Shown here in pieces: positions 60,178 to 64,000 of a stretch of 64,000 nt of DNA (the first letter of the stretch is position 1; each line of letters opens with the position of its first letter). The position numbers and the translations under genes were made by a program. The notes under the pieces were generated by a model that worked only from the letters and a program-made list of their open reading frames with translations, did not search any database and had not been told where the DNA came from. The DNA is from an uncultured Burkholderiales bacterium (GTDB lineage: Bacteria; Pseudomonadota; Gammaproteobacteria; Burkholderiales; Burkholderiaceae_C). The stretch covers positions 15,843 to 79,842 of the forward strand of contig CAJAYT010000015.1 of the NCBI GenBank assembly GCA_903949285.1. The letters run 5' to 3'.

Positions 60178-62537
60178 GTAGCACAATCAAGTTAAACGCT
60201 AACAGCGAGATCAATGGCGTTCTAAACAGCAACCTGTCTAGGCGCGCTCTTTTACGCACTGGGGTGCTTTGTTACGGCTTTAACTGGCTTAGCGTTCAAG
60301 CCGCAGATGATAAGCCTCAAGCACTCCCAGGCAGTCTTAGAAACAACCCCAAACTCGATGCTTGGCTTAACCTGCATCCAGACGGGACAGTAACGATGCT
60401 TACGGGCAAAGTGGAGTTAGGCCAGGGTATTTTGACTGCTCTGACCCAAATCGTTGCAGATGAGCTTGATGTGAGCCTTAGTGTGATTAAAGTCATCTCT
60501 GGCGACACCTCCCTTACGCCTGATGAGGGAGTGACCTCAGGGAGTTTATCCATACAAGACAGTGGCACTGCGCTTAGATTCGCCTGTGCAGAGGTGCGCT
60601 CCATGCTCTTGGACGCAGCCGCCCAAAGACTTGGGACCCCCGTAAGTACCTTGATTACAGAAAACGGTATTATTAAATCCAATAATGCCAATACAGTGAC
60701 GCCCATCAAGTACAGCGATTTATTAGAAGACGTTAATTACGCTAAACCCGCAACTGCTCGTATCCCGCCAAAGACAAGTGTTGCCCATAAGTTGATCGGT
60801 AGTGATTTGCAACGCCGTGATATTCCTGGCAAGGTAAGTGGCAAACCAATGTTTGTCCAGGATTTAAGACTCCCGAACATGGTGCACGCACGCGTCATCA
60901 GACCCCCAGCGCCTAGGGCCGTACTCCTGTCGGTTAACGCGGACAAAACTCTAAAGCTACCCGGTGTTTTGAAAGTGGTTCAAGACGGTAACTTTATTGG
61001 CGTAGTTGCACTCCGAGAAGAGCAAGCTGTGCAGGCCTCCAAGGCACTCCAAGATTCCTGTCAATGGCAAATACCCAAAGACCTTCCCCCCAGTGGTGCA
61101 TCGCTTTTTGAGTACATGGTCAAACAAAAAACTCAGGACGATGTGGTCAGTCAAAAATCAAATCCAGCTCTTCCCCTGAATTCGGATAAGCTGATTAAAC
61201 GCCGTTACACAAGACCTTACATAGCGCATGCATCGATCGGACCATCCTGCGCCGTTGCAGTCTGGAGCAGTGAGAGCGATCCCACCAATAGCCTCTCTCA
61301 TCTTAGAGTCTGGTGTCACTCCCAAGGGGTATTTCCTCTCAGAGGCGATTTGGCAAAAGCCCTTCGGTTTCCAGCTGAGCAGATCACCGTATCCCATATG
61401 GACGGATCAGGGTGCTACGGACACAACGGCGCAGATGATGTTGCCCTAGACGCGGCGCTTATTGCACGCGCAGTACCGGGAACACCAGTTCGTGTCCAGT
61501 GGATGCGCGGGGATGAGTTTGCATGGGAACCCATGGGCAGTCCTATGGTTGTTGAGTTAAGCGCACAACTCAGTGAGAGTGGTGAGATCACCTACTGGCA
61601 ACACGAGTTGTGGAGTTACACCCACAGTACGCGTCCCTATGATCCAGATGGTTGTAATTTATTGGCTTCATGGTATTTGGACAAACCACTCAAAGCTGGA
61701 CCCTCACGAAACATCCCCCAACCCTCGGGTGGCAGCGATAGAAACGCACTCCCCCTGTATGAGTTTCCCAACCAAAAGGTGACGAATCATTTGATTCAAA
61801 ACATGCCCATTCGTACCTCAGCACTGAGGACCTTAGGTGCGTTTTGTAATGTCTTGGCGATCGAATCTTTTATGGATGAATTGGCTCTGCTAAGTAAGCA
61901 AGATCCGTTGACCTTTAGGTTAAAACATTTAAGGGATCCACGTGCTGTTGCAGTTTTGGAGCGAGTTGCTGAGATATCCAATTGGAGAGCAACTCCGGTT
62001 AGCCCGCTGCAACAAAGAGGCCACCAAGCTAACCCTAGGGTAGTTCAGCCTTCAACGCCCCCTCAGCTCAAAAATCACGAGCGAAGTGGTCGAGGTATTG
62101 GATTCGCAAAATATAAAAACATGGCCGTTTACTGCGCTGTTGTTGCTGACGTCGTAGTCAACACCCAAACTGGCAAAGTACGTGTGGACCAAGCGTTTGC
62201 AGTTGCGGACGCGGGACTCATCATCAACCCCAATGGGCTAAAAAATCAAATTGAAGGTGGATTGATTCAAGCAACGAGTTGGAGCCTAATGGAGCAAGTT
62301 GCTTATAGTACTGAGCGCATTAGCACCCAGCAGTGGAGTGACTATCCTATCCTTCGTTTCCCAGAGGTACCCCGTCTACAGGTCGACTTAATCAATCGAC
62401 CCAACGAAAAATCTCTAGGTGTCGGCGAGGGAGCCCATGGGCCCATGGCTGCAGCTATTGCTAACGCGATTTACTCTGCATGTGGACAGCGTTTAAGGGA
62501 GACTCCTTTTAAGCCTTCCCTTAATTTCAAGGCTTGA
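60174..62537 (+). CDS. Molybdopterin-binding large subunit (IorB/NicB-like) with a twin-Arg motif
   Basis: GKVELGQGI, GSGCYGHNG, LRTLGAF, NQIEGG and GVGEGA; SRRALL at the N-terminus. Start moved to the ATGA overlap at 60174. Confidence 0.9.
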   Translation: MSSTIKLNANSEINGVLNSNLSRRALLRTGVLCYGFNWLSVQAADDKPQALPGSLRNNPKLDAWLNLHPDGTVTMLTGKVELGQGILTALTQIVADELDVSLSVIKVISGDTSLTPDEGVTSGSLSIQDSGTALRFACAEVRSMLLDAAAQRLGTPVSTLITENGIIKSNNANTVTPIKYSDLLEDVNYAKPATARIPPKTSVAHKLIGSDLQRRDIPGKVSGKPMFVQDLRLPNMVHARVIRPPAPRAVLLSVNADKTLKLPGVLKVVQDGNFIGVVALREEQAVQASKALQDSCQWQIPKDLPPSGASLFEYMVKQKTQDDVVSQKSNPALPLNSDKLIKRRYTRPYIAHASIGPSCAVAVWSSESDPTNSLSHLRVWCHSQGVFPLRGDLAKALRFPAEQITVSHMDGSGCYGHNGADDVALDAALIARAVPGTPVRVQWMRGDEFAWEPMGSPMVVELSAQLSESGEITYWQHELWSYTHSTRPYDPDGCNLLASWYLDKPLKAGPSRNIPQPSGGSDRNALPLYEFPNQKVTNHLIQNMPIRTSALRTLGAFCNVLAIESFMDELALLSKQDPLTFRLKHLRDPRAVAVLERVAEISNWRATPVSPLQQRGHQANPRVVQPSTPPQLKNHERSGRGIGFAKYKNMAVYCAVVADVVVNTQTGKVRVDQAFAVADAGLIINPNGLKNQIEGGLIQATSWSLMEQVAYSTERISTQQWSDYPILRFPEVPRLQVDLINRPNEKSLGVGEGAHGPMAAAIANAIYSACGQRLRETPFKPSLNFKA

Positions 62538-62550
62538 GAATTCTGAATTC

Positions 62551-63783
62551 TTAAGGAGCGATCAGTGACTGCGGGTTTGATAAGAGTTTGATTTGGTTTG
62601 ATCGCTGCGCCGTTTGAGCACCCATCAATAAAAATCCTTTTATCTCTCCACCCACTGCCCAAAAATTCCATATACCCGCCTCAACACTTCGCCACTCTCC
62701 AGGTGTACCTGGTGCGGGCGTAACAATAATCAGCGGCAGTGCGGGTGTTTTAATGACGATGGGCATAACGGGAAATGAGACCGGAGTTGGATGACCGGTT
62801 AGTGTTTGAGCAAGGGCTTTAGCCGCGTTCATGATGGGCATCACATAGGGCAAAGTTCTCGCACCGCCAGCTCCCAAAGACTGCGACGCGTACTGTGTGT
62901 TGTCACCCAAGGCGTATACATTTTGAAGGCTGGTCTGCAAGAAAGCGTTGACCAGTATTCCTCGATCACACTGTGCACCGGATTTTGCTGCCAACTCGCA
63001 ATCGGCTTTGAGACCTACAGCGCTGAGGACCACATCCACTCTTAAGCTTTCACCGTCACTGAGGTTGACGCTCAACTCAGCCTGTCCTTGTCGCGAAATA
63101 GAGTGCACACTTGCGCCTAAGTGCCACACAACACCAAGGCCTGCCAATGCGCTGCGCATTTCCTCGCTTGCACTCTGGGGTAATAAGTTAATAAGGGGGC
63201 CCTGGTTGGGATCGATCACGTGAACTTGGTAACCGCTGCTTGCTAAATCATTTGCAAACTCGCACCCAATTAGACCAGCGCCCATAATCAGCACGCGCGC
63301 TCCCTCAAATAAAAGTCCACGAAATCGCGAGTAATCCCTCAGTGAATTGACCGATATGATCTCATTTGCTGCGTTGCCACTAATAGGTAATTTGATAGCA
63401 CTTGCGCCGTTGGCAAGTACGAGTTGGCTGTACCCAAATCTACCCTTAGACGTCACGACCTCTTGAGTCGCTGCATCGATGGATGTGACTTCAGTGTTTT
63501 GCAACAAAGTCACGCCCGTGGCGCTGACCATCTTTTCTGCAGTAGTTGTAATCAGCTGATCTGCATCCTTTTTCTGAGCAAAGGCATTTGAAAGCGCAGG
63601 TTTTGCGTAAAAGTCTCCACTCTCTCGGGTGAACATCAGCACGGGAGTATGGGGGTCTAGCTTTCTGAACTCTTTGATAGCGCTCCATCCCGCTAATCCA
63701 GACCCTATGATGACAAGGGGTCGTGCAGCAATGTCTGCATTTTGTGAGCTTGATTGCTGATTCTCAGTTGCGCGTTGCGTCAT
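62551..63783 (-). CDS. Rubredoxin-NAD(+) reductase-like FAD-dependent oxidoreductase
   Basis: IGSGLAG, YAKPALS, MGAGLIGCEFANDL and ALGD; directly downstream of rubredoxin. Confidence 0.88.
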   Translation of the reverse strand: MTQRATENQQSSSQNADIAARPLVIIGSGLAGWSAIKEFRKLDPHTPVLMFTRESGDFYAKPALSNAFAQKKDADQLITTTAEKMVSATGVTLLQNTEVTSIDAATQEVVTSKGRFGYSQLVLANGASAIKLPISGNAANEIISVNSLRDYSRFRGLLFEGARVLIMGAGLIGCEFANDLASSGYQVHVIDPNQGPLINLLPQSASEEMRSALAGLGVVWHLGASVHSISRQGQAELSVNLSDGESLRVDVVLSAVGLKADCELAAKSGAQCDRGILVNAFLQTSLQNVYALGDNTQYASQSLGAGGARTLPYVMPIMNAAKALAQTLTGHPTPVSFPVMPIVIKTPALPLIIVTPAPGTPGEWRSVEAGIWNFWAVGGEIKGFLLMGAQTAQRSNQIKLLSNPQSLIAP

Positions 63784-63791
63784 CTCAATCC

Positions 63792-63971
63792 TTAAATCTC
63801 AACGACTTCAAAGTCAGCCTTAGCAACTCCGCAATCCGGACAAGTCCAGTCTTCGGGTACATCAGCCCAAGGTGTTCCAGGGGCGATGGCATCCTCTGGT
63901 CGACCAGTTGCTTCGTCGTAGATGAAGCCGCAAACAATACACATGTAAGTTTTAAATGTTGAATTAGTCAT
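63792..63971 (-). CDS. Rubredoxin (59 aa)
   Basis: Not in the ORF track. Manual translation [59 protein letters not shown] has two CxxC motifs. Confidence 0.96.
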   Translation of the reverse strand: MTNSTFKTYMCIVCGFIYDEATGRPEDAIAPGTPWADVPEDWTCPDCGVAKADFEVVEI

Positions 63972-64000
63972 GATTTTTCCTTTAATAATGAGTTAAGTTA

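Noticed and set aside
5460-63962. The many 60-160 aa ORFs antisense to or nested in recognised genes (e.g. 9957-10322, 12352-12822, 38763-39242, 60317-60709)
   Set aside because: They overlap well-supported genes and show no family motifs; these are expected shadow ORFs.
1-64000. CRISPR array, transposase/IS, rRNA or intact integrase
   Set aside because: I saw no regularly spaced repeats, terminal inverted repeats with a transposase, or recombinase motifs when reading by eye.

Overview
A chromosomal window from a betaproteobacterium (Burkholderiales, Comamonadaceae-like by protein motifs and gene order; inference), visibly more AT-rich than is usual for that group. About three quarters is housekeeping: partial cysE, trmJ, suhB, mutS, uppP, glnS, a complete nuoA-N operon, tRNA-Leu(GAG), secG, tpiA, pnp, rpsO, tsaD, prfB (with the classic +1 frameshift), pepN, fbp, apaH, a DEAD-box helicase and dcd. 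Accessory block 1 is an AT-rich, integrase-free islet (about 39350-43477) at the 3' end of an atypical tRNA-Thr(CGT). It holds a solo BrnA-like antitoxin and a stand-alone MASE1-like membrane protein coupled to a winged-helix protein, transcribed head-to-head with a large lipoprotein across a palindrome-bearing AT spacer. Accessory block 2 (about 44500-64000) is catabolic: two complementary incomplete Liv-type ABC clusters flank a split, order-reversed QuiC1-like dehydroshikimate dehydratase, followed by an intradiol dioxygenase, a two-subunit molybdoenzyme and rubredoxin with its reductase. The ORF track misses cysE, rubredoxin, both tRNAs and the true prfB start. Many housekeeping proteins carry low-complexity insertions or His-rich tails. 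I saw no CRISPR array, transposase, integrase or rRNA. All family calls come from motif recognition by eye; no database search was run.
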